In this document: in pieces, positions 27,955-37,138 of the stretch
Layout of the letters: each line of letters opens with the position of its first letter
Numbering within the stretch: the first letter of the stretch is position 1
Assembly (NCBI GenBank): GCA_964504585.1
Contig: CAZDEW010000005.1
Location: 5,082-69,081, forward strand
Reading direction: 5' to 3'
Source of the DNA: an uncultured Pseudomonadales bacterium
GTDB taxonomy: Bacteria > Pseudomonadota > Gammaproteobacteria > Pseudomonadales > UBA7434
DNA: 64,000 nucleotides
Notes under the pieces: model-generated
Told to the model about the DNA's origin: nothing
What the model saw: only the letters and a program-made list of their open reading frames with translations
Databases searched by the model: none
Program-made: the position numbers and the translations under genes

Positions 27955-30585
27955 ATGGAACTGTATAAAAAGCTCGTAATCGATCGACCCTGGCTGGCTT
28001 TGATTTTTGTGCTGCTGCTGTGTGCACTGGCGGCAAGCCAGGCCAGAAATTTTCAGGTTGATGCCTCAGCTGATGCGCTTGTTCTCGAGAGCGACGAGGA
28101 CCTGGAGTTTTATCGCGGTGTGGTAAAGCGCTTTGGCTCATCTGAGTTTCTGATTCTCGCCTACGAGCTGAGGCACCCAATCATGAGTGACGAGACGCTG
28201 CAGTCACTCGACGCATTGGTCAGTGATCTGCGGACCATCGAAGGCGTCACGTCCGTCATGTCGATACTGGATGTGCCCTTGCTCTACTCGCCCAAGGTTT
28301 CTATCGCAAGTCTTGGTGAGGGATTGAATACGCTGCGCACCAGTGGTGTTGATCGTGAGCTGGTGGGGCAGGAACTGGTTGAAAGCCCTATCTATCGCCA
28401 GCTGCTCAGTAGTCTCGATGAGAGTACGACCGCGATACAGGTCAACCTTGCTGCCGATACGCGCTATGGCGAACTGCTGGAACAACGGGAGCTGCTGCGC
28501 AAGCAAGAACTGGCAGGAGAGCTCGATGCCGAAGGTTTAATGCGCCTGAAGCTTGCGGAAGAGGCGTTTAAGGCCTACACGCCTATTGCCACGGAGCGGC
28601 AGCAGAGGTTGGTGCGCGATGTGCGTGCTGTAGTGGACGTCCACAAATCAGAAGCGAGTCAAATCTATCTGGGCGGTGTGCCCATGATTGCGAACGACAT
28701 GGTCGCATTTGTGATGAATGATCTGACTACCTTCGGGCTTGGCATTCTAGTGTTTATCGTCGTGCTGTTGACCGTGATTTTCCGGGAGCTGCGTTGGGTT
28801 GCCCTACCAATATTGGCCTGTGTTTCGACGAATGTGATGATGTTTGGTGTGCTGGGTGGATTTGACTGGAGGATGACAGTTATTTCCTCAAATTTTGTCG
28901 CGCTCTTATTAATTATTACTTTAGCGATTTCTGTGCATTTGATTGTGCGCTACCGAGAGCTTGAGGCGCGTGATCCAGACCTGTCCAGCAGTGTGCTGGC
29001 GTACGAGACGGCTAAGGCGATGTTCAGGCCCTGCGTCTATACGGTTCTCACCACCATCATCGCCTTTGCATCGCTGGTGATCTCCGGTATTCGACCTGTT
29101 ATTGATTTTGGCTGGATGATGACAGTCGGCGTCATGTTGGCGCTCATGGTGACCTTTCTGCTGGTGCCCGCGGGCATGGCGCTGGGGTGGGGCGGGCGAA
29201 AAAGTGTCGGGCAAAGTATTTCTGAGCATTCAGGGCAGAGCGATGTGTTTACCCTCAAGTTTGCCAGTTTTGCCGAGCGCTACGGGAAAGGTGTTTTGGT
29301 GTTTGCACTGCTGGCGCTGGTTCTCGCAATCGCCGGCCTGGCCAGACTCAAGGTGGAAAACCGCTTCATCGATTATTTTGACGAAAGTACAGAGATTTAT
29401 CGCGGTATGGAGCTGATCGATAGTCAGCTCGGAGGGACTATACCGCTGGATATCATTTTATATAACTCGGCGCTGGATACTGGTTTCGATGCAGCGGGCG
29501 ATGTGGATTTTGCCGACGATGATTTTGACGAGTTTGAGGAAGCCGATAGCGACGAGTTCGAAGATGAGTTCGGGGACTTTGAACAGAGCTCATTCGCACA
29601 GAGTGATTTTGATGATGACTTTGGTTTTGATGACGAGTTCGAGGCCGCTGAGTCTGGTAATGGCGCGGTTGCCTCGTCCGCTGGTCAGCAAAACGACTGG
29701 TTCACCCGCGCGGGAATGGATAAGGTGCAGGTGGTGCATGACTACCTCGATAGCCTTCCACAGACGGGTAAGGTGTTGTCATTGGCCACGCTATACACGG
29801 TGGCCAGAGATCTGCTCGGCGGCTCTGTTGATGACATTCAGCTTTCCTTTGCTCGCCGCGGGCTGCCTGACGAAATTAACGAAATCATGGTTGACCCCTA
29901 TCTTCATGCCGAATCCGGTGAGACCAGAATCAGTGTCCGGGTTAAGGAGACCAGCAGGTCACTCAATCGAAATGAGTTGCTGGAGCAACTCGATAGCCAC
30001 ATGCAAAACGAGCTGGGCTTCACGCCCGATCAGTATCGTTTTTCCGGCATGCTCGTGCTGTATAACAATATGCTCCAGAGTTTGTTCACCTCGCAAATCC
30101 TGACGCTCGGTGCGGTGTTTCTTGCAATAACCGCCATGCTTTTCGCATTGTTCCGCAATTTGCTCGTAGCAGTGCTCGGTATTTTCCCCAATTTGCTCGC
30201 AGCACTGTTGGTCTTGGGGGGCATGGGGTGGTTCGGTTTGCCGCTCGATTTGATGACAATCACCATTGCTGCTATCAGTATCGGTATAGGCGTCGATAAC
30301 ACAATACATTACATATACCGGTTTCGCGTGGAGTACGAAAAGGATCGTCGATACGTTGCAGCGATGTATCGCAGTCATGGCAGTATCGGCAGAGCGATGT
30401 ACTACACCTCGCTGACGATTATTTTTGGATTCTCGATACTGGCACTTTCAAATTTCAAACCAAGCATATACTTTGGGCTGTTAACAGGCGCTGCGATGTT
30501 GTCGGCATTGCTTGGCGCTTTACTATTACTTCCTCGTCTGCTGATTTTGTTCAAGCCGTTTGGCCCCGCGGCAGAGACTCACTAG
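27955..30585 (+). CDS. RND-superfamily (MMPL/HAE3-like) exporter with an acidic low-complexity loop
   Basis: 876-aa ORF built as two halves, each with a large loop followed by about 5 TM helices (12-TM RND topology). Sterol-sensing/MMPL-like TM blocks are visible (GVPMIANDM..., IAAISIGIGVDNTIHYIYRF). A DF/EF-rich acidic insert is encoded at about nt 29500-29660. Confidence 0.85.
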   Translation: MELYKKLVIDRPWLALIFVLLLCALAASQARNFQVDASADALVLESDEDLEFYRGVVKRFGSSEFLILAYELRHPIMSDETLQSLDALVSDLRTIEGVTSVMSILDVPLLYSPKVSIASLGEGLNTLRTSGVDRELVGQELVESPIYRQLLSSLDESTTAIQVNLAADTRYGELLEQRELLRKQELAGELDAEGLMRLKLAEEAFKAYTPIATERQQRLVRDVRAVVDVHKSEASQIYLGGVPMIANDMVAFVMNDLTTFGLGILVFIVVLLTVIFRELRWVALPILACVSTNVMMFGVLGGFDWRMTVISSNFVALLLIITLAISVHLIVRYRELEARDPDLSSSVLAYETAKAMFRPCVYTVLTTIIAFASLVISGIRPVIDFGWMMTVGVMLALMVTFLLVPAGMALGWGGRKSVGQSISEHSGQSDVFTLKFASFAERYGKGVLVFALLALVLAIAGLARLKVENRFIDYFDESTEIYRGMELIDSQLGGTIPLDIILYNSALDTGFDAAGDVDFADDDFDEFEEADSDEFEDEFGDFEQSSFAQSDFDDDFGFDDEFEAAESGNGAVASSAGQQNDWFTRAGMDKVQVVHDYLDSLPQTGKVLSLATLYTVARDLLGGSVDDIQLSFARRGLPDEINEIMVDPYLHAESGETRISVRVKETSRSLNRNELLEQLDSHMQNELGFTPDQYRFSGMLVLYNNMLQSLFTSQILTLGAVFLAITAMLFALFRNLLVAVLGIFPNLLAALLVLGGMGWFGLPLDLMTITIAAISIGIGVDNTIHYIYRFRVEYEKDRRYVAAMYRSHGSIGRAMYYTSLTIIFGFSILALSNFKPSIYFGLLTGAAMLSALLGALLLLPRLLILFKPFGPAAETH

Positions 30586-30640
30586 CTAGTCTGGATCTTG
30601 CTGTCGACTTTCTTCGTATTAAAGGCCTCATGAGTTAGCA

Positions 30641-30901
30641 ATGGAATGTCGGGCTGGATGCGGGGCGTGCTGTATTGCGCCGTCAATCAATGAATCTTTT
30701 GTGGGAATGCCGCAAGGTAAGCCAGCTGGTGTGCGCTGCGTCCATCTCGATGAGGCGCTGCGCTGCGGCCTGTTTAACGATCCTAGAAGGCCTGCAATCT
30801 GTTCATCCTTTCTTCCTTCGCCAGAGTTTTGCGGCTCTTCGCAAGCGGAGGCGGTAACGATTCTTCAGGTTCTCGAGGTCGAGACTCGAGGCCCCGGTTG
30901 A
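30641..30901 (+). CDS. YkgJ-family cysteine-cluster protein (UPF0153-like)
   Basis: 86-aa ORF starting MECRAGCGACCIAPSI (CxxxCxxCC), with further Cys residues at VRCVHLDEALRCGLF and PAICSSF. Confidence 0.7.
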   Translation: MECRAGCGACCIAPSINESFVGMPQGKPAGVRCVHLDEALRCGLFNDPRRPAICSSFLPSPEFCGSSQAEAVTILQVLEVETRGPG

Positions 30902-31053
30902 TAGAAATGTGACGCGCATCGCACATCCATCTACGGCAATCACCTCTATACTGAAAGTCCAGAACAGAATTCGAGCCGGTTGAAATCTCGATGGATTCTG
31001 GATTAAACAATCAATAAATTGAGAAATGCCAAGGCATTGAGTGTCGGGACGCT

Positions 31054-31800
31054 ATGTATAACTTTATCGACTTGGAAGCATCAGGGCTGGGTGCTGGCAG
31101 TTACCCCATAGAAGTGGGTGTGGCGCTGGCTTCTGGACAGACGCGGTGCACGCTCGTATGTCCAGCGAAGGACTGGAGCCACTGGGATGACTCTGCCGAG
31201 CACCTGCACGGTATTACCCGAGATACACTCTTACTCAATGGTCGCTCGCCGTTAAAGGTGGCAATTCTCTTGAACGAATGGCTTGGGGATTCGGTTGTTT
31301 ATTCGGATGCCTGGGGTAACGACGCTTGCTGGTTGGCACGGCTGTTCGACGAGGCAGGTATGCAGCAGCGCTTCAAGATTGAAGCAGTGACGGCTATTCT
31401 CAGTGAGCGACAAATGGAGCTCTGGTCCTATGCGAAAGAGCTGGCCGAGCGCAGCCTGTTTCTCAAGCGGCATCGCGCGTCCAACGATGCCTTGATTCTG
31501 CAGTTCACCCACCAGCTTCTCGAAAGCGAGGAGCTCTCCTGTGAAGCTTTGGAACATAGAGCAGAGCTACAGCGCAAGATTCGTGGTGACATTAGTGGTG
31601 ACAAAGCGGGTAGTCCAGTGTCCGCCGCAACGTCAGAGGGTGAAGATTCTGGTGTCGTCGATATCAACTCGATGAAAGCCTTGCACGCCGATGTTCAACT
31701 GCGTCAGCTGCAGGGCGAGAAAAGTATGGAGCGGCAGCTCGCTAGAGCTGAAGATGAGCATTTATTAGACATTCTGGAGAAAAAACAGCTCCAATACTGA
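31054..31800 (+). CDS. DEDDh-type 3'-5' exonuclease domain protein
   Basis: Exo I-like FIDLEASG (DxE), Exo II-like YSDAWGNDACWL and Exo III-like HRASNDALIL (H-x4-D) are present, with a charged C-terminal extension. Confidence 0.7.
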   Translation: MYNFIDLEASGLGAGSYPIEVGVALASGQTRCTLVCPAKDWSHWDDSAEHLHGITRDTLLLNGRSPLKVAILLNEWLGDSVVYSDAWGNDACWLARLFDEAGMQQRFKIEAVTAILSERQMELWSYAKELAERSLFLKRHRASNDALILQFTHQLLESEELSCEALEHRAELQRKIRGDISGDKAGSPVSAATSEGEDSGVVDINSMKALHADVQLRQLQGEKSMERQLARAEDEHLLDILEKKQLQY

Positions 31801-32389
31801 AGATCTATTGGCGTACTCGCTGCGACAGACTCCCCTATAGTCCGCGCACGTCCCGCCGATAGCGCGCCTCATCGGCGAAAAGAAAAATCTTGTAAAGGTA
31901 GGTCAAGTGATTCCGGCTCGCCTTGTTTCGGTGAATCCCAGCCATTATTCTGCGCGGCCATGCAGCGTGTAGACGGTTGCCGTCTGGCTTGTGACTATTC
32001 CAAAAAAGCGCAAATTGTCGATCGGCATGGCTTTAAGATGAGCGATTTGACCGCGATCTGCACAACAGCTGGACTTTTACTAGACACTTTTTGCCTTAAA
32101 CACGCTCACCTGTCCGGCCGTTCCGCGCAAGCTATCCCGCCTCGTCAAGACCGCTCGCTTTTTGGGAAAAAATGTAGCGAATTCAAGCACAAACATGAGC
32201 TTGAGCTATCCTTTATGTTGGGCTGAACCTGCCATGGGGCTGGCGTCTGGCGTGTTTGCCCGATCGCAACAAAACAGAGTTTTTATGGCGGCCGGTGAGC
32301 CGAGGTTCGCTAGAGGACTGGAAAACGAACTAGAGATAGCTGATTTGTCGCGCGGTCTTGCCGCTGCGAAACCCGTTAGAGAATGACTT

Positions 32390-32983
32390 ATGAAAAATGT
32401 CGATAAGTGTCGTCCCAGAAAATTGTTTGCTGTGTACCTATGGCTGACATTAATGCTTGTCACGTTTGGCGCGCAAGCCTCGGCTGAAAGCGGCAGCTAC
32501 CTGATCAATGCCGGTGATGTGCTCGCGGTCGATGTTTTCAACGAAACAAACCTCAGCGAAGAGCAGGTCGTCGTCAGGCCCGACGGCTTTATTAGCGTGC
32601 CAGTGGTTGGAGAGGTCAAAGTAGGCGGCAAGACAGTGCAGGCAGCACAGGACGCTATTGCAGCGGAGCTGGATCAGTTTTTGAAAGACGAGCCCAACGT
32701 TGTGATTCAGGTAATAGCGACGCAAGGCAGCAGGGTTTTCGTTGTTGGTAAGGTGCAGCGTCCGGGCGTTTTTGCACTGACCGGTCAGCTCGATGTTATT
32801 CAGGCTTTGGCGCTGGCCGGGGGTTTGAATCAATTTGCTGCCGAGAACCGAATCAAGGTCTTACGCCGCGACGAAAATGGAGAGCAAGCCACCTATAAAT
32901 TCCGCTACAGCGATATCCGGGATGGCGAAAAGCTTGAAACCAACATACTGCTGCGTAGTGGTGATGTGGTACTGGTTCCCTAG
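32390..32983 (+). CDS. Periplasmic polysaccharide export protein (short Wza/Poly_export type, as in XrtA/PEP-CTERM EPS loci)
   Basis: 197-aa ORF with a signal peptide. The Poly_export motif is present (YLINAGDVLAVDVFNETNLSEEQVVVRPDGFISVPVVGEVKVGGKT), followed by an SLBB-like segment (RVFVVGKVQRPGVFAL). Confidence 0.85.
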   Translation: MKNVDKCRPRKLFAVYLWLTLMLVTFGAQASAESGSYLINAGDVLAVDVFNETNLSEEQVVVRPDGFISVPVVGEVKVGGKTVQAAQDAIAAELDQFLKDEPNVVIQVIATQGSRVFVVGKVQRPGVFALTGQLDVIQALALAGGLNQFAAENRIKVLRRDENGEQATYKFRYSDIRDGEKLETNILLRSGDVVLVP

Positions 32984-32988
32984 TTGTA

Positions 32989-34347
32989 ATGAACCATTGC
33001 GCTTTATTCACGCCGCTATCAGGCCTTAGCTGCATGGCTATGCTATTGGCAGCGCAAGGCGGATTGGCAGCAGAGTACGCGCTCGACAGTCGTTACTCAT
33101 TAAAGGCGAATTACGACGACGCCTCTAACACCGCGCTGGGCGACGAGCTTTTTGACGGTGAGTTCGAGGCGAACTGGGATTTTAGACGCGGCCACGAATT
33201 GGGTAATCAAAGCATCGATCTTGATCTGAGGCAGACCAATTTCAACGATGCCGATCGATCGCGAACCAACGGCAGTTTACGGTTCACTAATTCCCGAAAC
33301 TGGGAGCGAGGCAATTACAGCTTTTCTATAGGACGCGCCTTGAGCACGGTGCGCACTAGCCGCCTTGATTCGTTTGGTGATAACCAGTTTTTTGTGCTGG
33401 ATCTGAGTCGGGTGGAAACAGATACCGCACGATTCAGCGCAAGCTATTTAATGAGCCCGCGGGACACTTTGCAGTTTTCAATTTCGGGCCGAAAGCGAGA
33501 GTATGATTCAGAATTCTTTACAGACTTTGATTCCTACAGTGGCTCCTTGCTTTACAGCAGCGCAGTCAATGAGCGTTTTTCGTTGCAGCTTGATGTGAGC
33601 GCTTTCAGACTGGAAAGTACGCCGAGTTCTCAGTTGGTGGCGAACCCTAACCTCGGGATACTTGCATTGTTTGATCCTTGCGCGTCCGCGCTTGCGGCGC
33701 GAGACCTGTCTGCTATTGGAAGTACGCCCGATGGTGATGCGGTCGATTGCCTTAAGCGGCAGGACGGAGAGAATACGCAAGATACCTATAGCTATCGAAT
33801 AGGCTTGAATTACGATTTCACCGAGAAGCTGTCGCTCAATTTTCTGGTAGGGCCTCGAGAAACGACAACCGATTCCAGATTCGAGTTTTCTAATGTTGAT
33901 GGCGCACAGAGGTTAGACCCCGTTGACCCAATATTAATCGACGATCAACGTGGCGATGGTTTGAGTTTCCAGCTCTCGCTGGATTACGTTGGAGAGCGCT
34001 TGCGTACTGAATTCAATGCAGAATCCAACGAGGTTGCTACCAGCAGGGGTATTCTCAACCAGGAGGAGCGTTTCGAGGTCTTTACCCGTTACGCGGTCTC
34101 GCCAACCATTAATGTTAGGGCGGAGGCTCAGTATATACAGTCTGAGACGCTGGATCCGCAGGATACAGTACTGTTTGAGAGGGATTCTTATCGCCTGTTT
34201 TTTTCTGGTAGCTGGGACTTTGCGCAGCATTGGTCTTTGGTCGCAAACGTCTGGAAGGACTTTCGAGAAACTGGCGGCACGGGTACGGATACTACCAACG
34301 TTAGTAATCTGACGCTGGTATGGAATCCCCAGGAGAAAGTCTGGTAG
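32989..34347 (+). CDS. Outer-membrane beta-barrel protein of the EPS export module
   Basis: 452-aa ORF with a signal peptide (MAMLLAAQGGLAAEY). It shows alternating amphipathic beta-strand character, is rich in D/N/S/R turns, and ends in ...VWNPQEKVW (aromatic terminal residue). It sits between the exporter and the chain-length determinant, as in PEP-CTERM-type loci. Confidence 0.7.
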   Translation: MNHCALFTPLSGLSCMAMLLAAQGGLAAEYALDSRYSLKANYDDASNTALGDELFDGEFEANWDFRRGHELGNQSIDLDLRQTNFNDADRSRTNGSLRFTNSRNWERGNYSFSIGRALSTVRTSRLDSFGDNQFFVLDLSRVETDTARFSASYLMSPRDTLQFSISGRKREYDSEFFTDFDSYSGSLLYSSAVNERFSLQLDVSAFRLESTPSSQLVANPNLGILALFDPCASALAARDLSAIGSTPDGDAVDCLKRQDGENTQDTYSYRIGLNYDFTEKLSLNFLVGPRETTTDSRFEFSNVDGAQRLDPVDPILIDDQRGDGLSFQLSLDYVGERLRTEFNAESNEVATSRGILNQEERFEVFTRYAVSPTINVRAEAQYIQSETLDPQDTVLFERDSYRLFFSGSWDFAQHWSLVANVWKDFRETGGTGTDTTNVSNLTLVWNPQEKVW

Positions 34348-34447
34348 AGAAAGGTTTAAGCATCTGGACTCTGCTGTCTGATGAGAGTTTGGTTAAGAGC
34401 GATTTAGACCGGTGAGGGTTCATTGGCTTTAATCGCCCAAGTTTATT

Positions 34448-36217
34448 GTGAATGATATGGTAGATACTCAGTTTGAATATGATGACGGGCCACAGCGCTC
34501 GTTAAAGGATTACATCAATATCTTCCGACGCCGGAAGTTATCGGTGGCTTATACAGCCGCTGCTATTTTGGCGATCGCGCTGCTTGCCGCCTATTTCTGG
34601 CCGCCGACCTATGAATCTGAATCGGTAATTCTGATCGAGCAACAGGAAATTCCTGCGGATCTCGTGCGGTCGACGATTACCAGCTACGCCCAGCAGCGCA
34701 TAGAGGAGATCAAGCAGCGCATTATGACAATCGGCAACATCATGGAGATTGTCGATGAATTTGAACTGTATTCACAGAATGATCTGGAGCGCAAAACGCG
34801 TACCGAGATTGCCCAGGAATTTCGCAATTCAGTTTCAATCGAACCGATCAGCGCCGAGGTTGTCGATCCGCGCAGCGGTCGACCTAGCACAGCGGTTATC
34901 GCTTTCAGTCTGGTTTATCGCGGTGACCAGCCAGCAAAAGTACAAAAGGTAACAAGCGAAATCACCGAGCTCTATCTTGAAGAGAACCTCAAAGAGCGTC
35001 GCGAGGAGTCGACCAGCACCTCCGAATTCCTTGAAAGTGAGGCTGATCAGCTTGAAGAAGAGCTTCGCAAGATGGATGTCAAAATCGCCGACTTCAAGCT
35101 CGAAAACGCCGACGCTCTACCCGAGCAAAAAGGTTTTAATCGTTCTATTGTTGAAAGAACGTCTTCCGAGATCGATACCATCAAATCCCAGGTTGCAGAG
35201 CTCAAAAAGCGCAAGGTCAGCCTTGAAAGCGACTTGGCACAGCTTAGCCCCACAGCGCCGGTTATCCTGGCTACGGGAACCGCAGTGCTTAGTGATGCCG
35301 ATCGTCTGAAAGCCGTTGATACCCAGCTGCGACAGCTGGAAGCGCAGTACAGTGACAAACATCCTTCGGTTAAGCGCCTAAAAAGGGATAAGCAGGAGTT
35401 GCTTGATCGAGGCGTTTCCTACAACGAGCGCGATGAGTTGCTAAAGCAATTGCGCCTCGAGAAGGATCGCCTGTCTGCTCTGGAGGAGCGTTATGCAGAC
35501 AGTAGCAATCCAAAGATCAGGCAGTCGCGAGAGATCATTGCTTCGCTCGAGCGCGACCTGAAAGACGATGCCCTGCTCGCCGCCGAGAAGCCCGATAATC
35601 CCGCGTATCTGGTAATCGCAAATCAACTCTCAAGTATCGATGCTGACATTGCAACCAGTACTATCCGTCTGGCTGAGCTGGAGGAGAAGCTTGAGCTTCA
35701 CGAGCTCCATCTTTCCAGAACGCCTGAGATAGAAAAACAGCTGACATCGCTGGTACGGGATTATCAGAGCTTAAATGGGCGTTACAGGGATATCCACTCC
35801 AAGCAGCTTGCAGCTGAACTGGCGCAAAGCCTTGAAACAGAGCGCAAAGGCGAGCGCTTTACACTGATCCAGCCGCCTGAATTCCCGGGTGAGCCGGTGA
35901 GCCCCAACCGTCCTGTGATCGTTTTCCTTGGCGCTGTGCTTGCTGTGTTTTCCGGTCTTGGACTTGCGGTCGCGCGCGAGGTGATCGATGAGGGTGTCTA
36001 CGGTAAGAGTGAAGTACTTGCAGCGACAGGCGCTGCGCCGCTAGTCGTCATTGGTTATATGGAGAACAAGATTGAGAAATCCAAGCACAATAGAGCGCGG
36101 CTGTATTGGGTTGCAGGTCTGGTCGTCTTTGCCTTGCTGGCGATTATATTTTTCCATAATTTCGTTAAACCGCTCGATGTGACGTGGTTTATTTTGATGC
36201 GCAGATTGGGTCTTTAA
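34448..36217 (+). CDS. Polysaccharide chain-length determinant (PCP/Wzz-type, PEP-CTERM-locus subfamily-like)
   Basis: 589-aa ORF with a GTG start. N-terminal Wzz motif (LKDYINIFRRRKLSVAYTAAAILAIALLAAYFWPPTYESESVILIE), a long coiled-coil periplasmic region, and a C-terminal G-rich TM segment (PNRPVIVFLGAVLAVFSGLGLAVA). Confidence 0.85.
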   Translation: MNDMVDTQFEYDDGPQRSLKDYINIFRRRKLSVAYTAAAILAIALLAAYFWPPTYESESVILIEQQEIPADLVRSTITSYAQQRIEEIKQRIMTIGNIMEIVDEFELYSQNDLERKTRTEIAQEFRNSVSIEPISAEVVDPRSGRPSTAVIAFSLVYRGDQPAKVQKVTSEITELYLEENLKERREESTSTSEFLESEADQLEEELRKMDVKIADFKLENADALPEQKGFNRSIVERTSSEIDTIKSQVAELKKRKVSLESDLAQLSPTAPVILATGTAVLSDADRLKAVDTQLRQLEAQYSDKHPSVKRLKRDKQELLDRGVSYNERDELLKQLRLEKDRLSALEERYADSSNPKIRQSREIIASLERDLKDDALLAAEKPDNPAYLVIANQLSSIDADIATSTIRLAELEEKLELHELHLSRTPEIEKQLTSLVRDYQSLNGRYRDIHSKQLAAELAQSLETERKGERFTLIQPPEFPGEPVSPNRPVIVFLGAVLAVFSGLGLAVAREVIDEGVYGKSEVLAATGAAPLVVIGYMENKIEKSKHNRARLYWVAGLVVFALLAIIFFHNFVKPLDVTWFILMRRLGL

Positions 36218-36252
36218 TACAATTTTTCGGGAAGTTGGCCAGGTAAATTACC

Positions 36253-37101
36253 GTGGAAAGAATTCAGGAAGCTATTGAAAAAGCAAAGCGTGAACGTTCA
36301 GGTCGTATTGGCGCCTCAGACGGGAAACCCGCGAGAGCCGATGCAGAGAGTTCGTCTGCCGTTGCGGAGGTTAAGAAGCCCGAGAGTCGCGCGACTCAGC
36401 CGAACGAGTCGATCCGCGTACAATACTCTGACACCCGTCGCGTTGAGATGACTGAGCCCGCAATGAAAGAGAAGAGAATCGTCGCCGGCTTTTCGCATGA
36501 TGCCCGATCGGAGCCCTACCGCCAGTTGAGAGGGCAGATACTCAAAAAATTTAGAGCCAACAATTGGCAGACGCTCGCTGTGACGAGCCCTACCTCGGGT
36601 TCAGGGTCAACCCTGACATCGGTTAATCTGGCGATTAGTTTGTCAATGGAGACCAATCAGACAGTTATGCTCGTTGATCTTAATCTTCGCGAACCTGGCG
36701 TAGCATCAATATTTGGTTTGGAAGGCGTTGATAAAGGCATTGCGGAGCATGTGACTGATAATTATCCGCTCGAGAAAATTCTGGTTAATCCTGGTTTTGA
36801 AAGGCTTGTGTTGGTGCCTGCTGTGGCGCGGTCAGGGTTTACCTCTGAAATTTTGAGTTCTCCAGAGATGTCTGTGGTTATGCAGGAGATCATTGATCGA
36901 TACCCTCAGCGCATTATCATCTTTGATTTGCCCGCAGTGCTCGACCACGACGATGCGCTGGTTTTTGCGCCTAAGTGTGACGCTACGTTGATGGTGCTGG
37001 CTGAAGGTGCTAGCAGTACGTCTGATATTGAGCGCACTTACCAGTTGCTTGAAGGCTGCAATATTCTCGGCTCTGTTCTCAATAAAGTTCGATATACCTG
37101 A
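36253..37101 (+). CDS. BY-kinase-like (EpsG-type) P-loop protein with a degenerate Walker A
   Basis: 282-aa ORF with a GTG start and the N-terminus MERIQEAIEKAKRER typical of this family. The Walker A region reads VTSPTSGSGSTLTSVNLAISL, with Ser where the invariant Lys is expected. The A' motif is IIIFDLPAV and the B motif is CDATLMVLAEG. There is no C-terminal Tyr cluster. Confidence 0.75.
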   Translation: MERIQEAIEKAKRERSGRIGASDGKPARADAESSSAVAEVKKPESRATQPNESIRVQYSDTRRVEMTEPAMKEKRIVAGFSHDARSEPYRQLRGQILKKFRANNWQTLAVTSPTSGSGSTLTSVNLAISLSMETNQTVMLVDLNLREPGVASIFGLEGVDKGIAEHVTDNYPLEKILVNPGFERLVLVPAVARSGFTSEILSSPEMSVVMQEIIDRYPQRIIIFDLPAVLDHDDALVFAPKCDATLMVLAEGASSTSDIERTYQLLEGCNILGSVLNKVRYT

Positions 37102-37138
37102 TCGCTGGTTGTCGAATTTTCTAAGGTTATAAATCGGC

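Noticed and set aside
31854-31877. A hairpin, CGCCGAT-N10-ATCGGCG, downstream of the exonuclease gene, considered as a terminator.
   Set aside because: An A-run rather than a T-run follows it on the plus strand. No minus-strand gene ends here either, so it does not fit an intrinsic terminator in either orientation.
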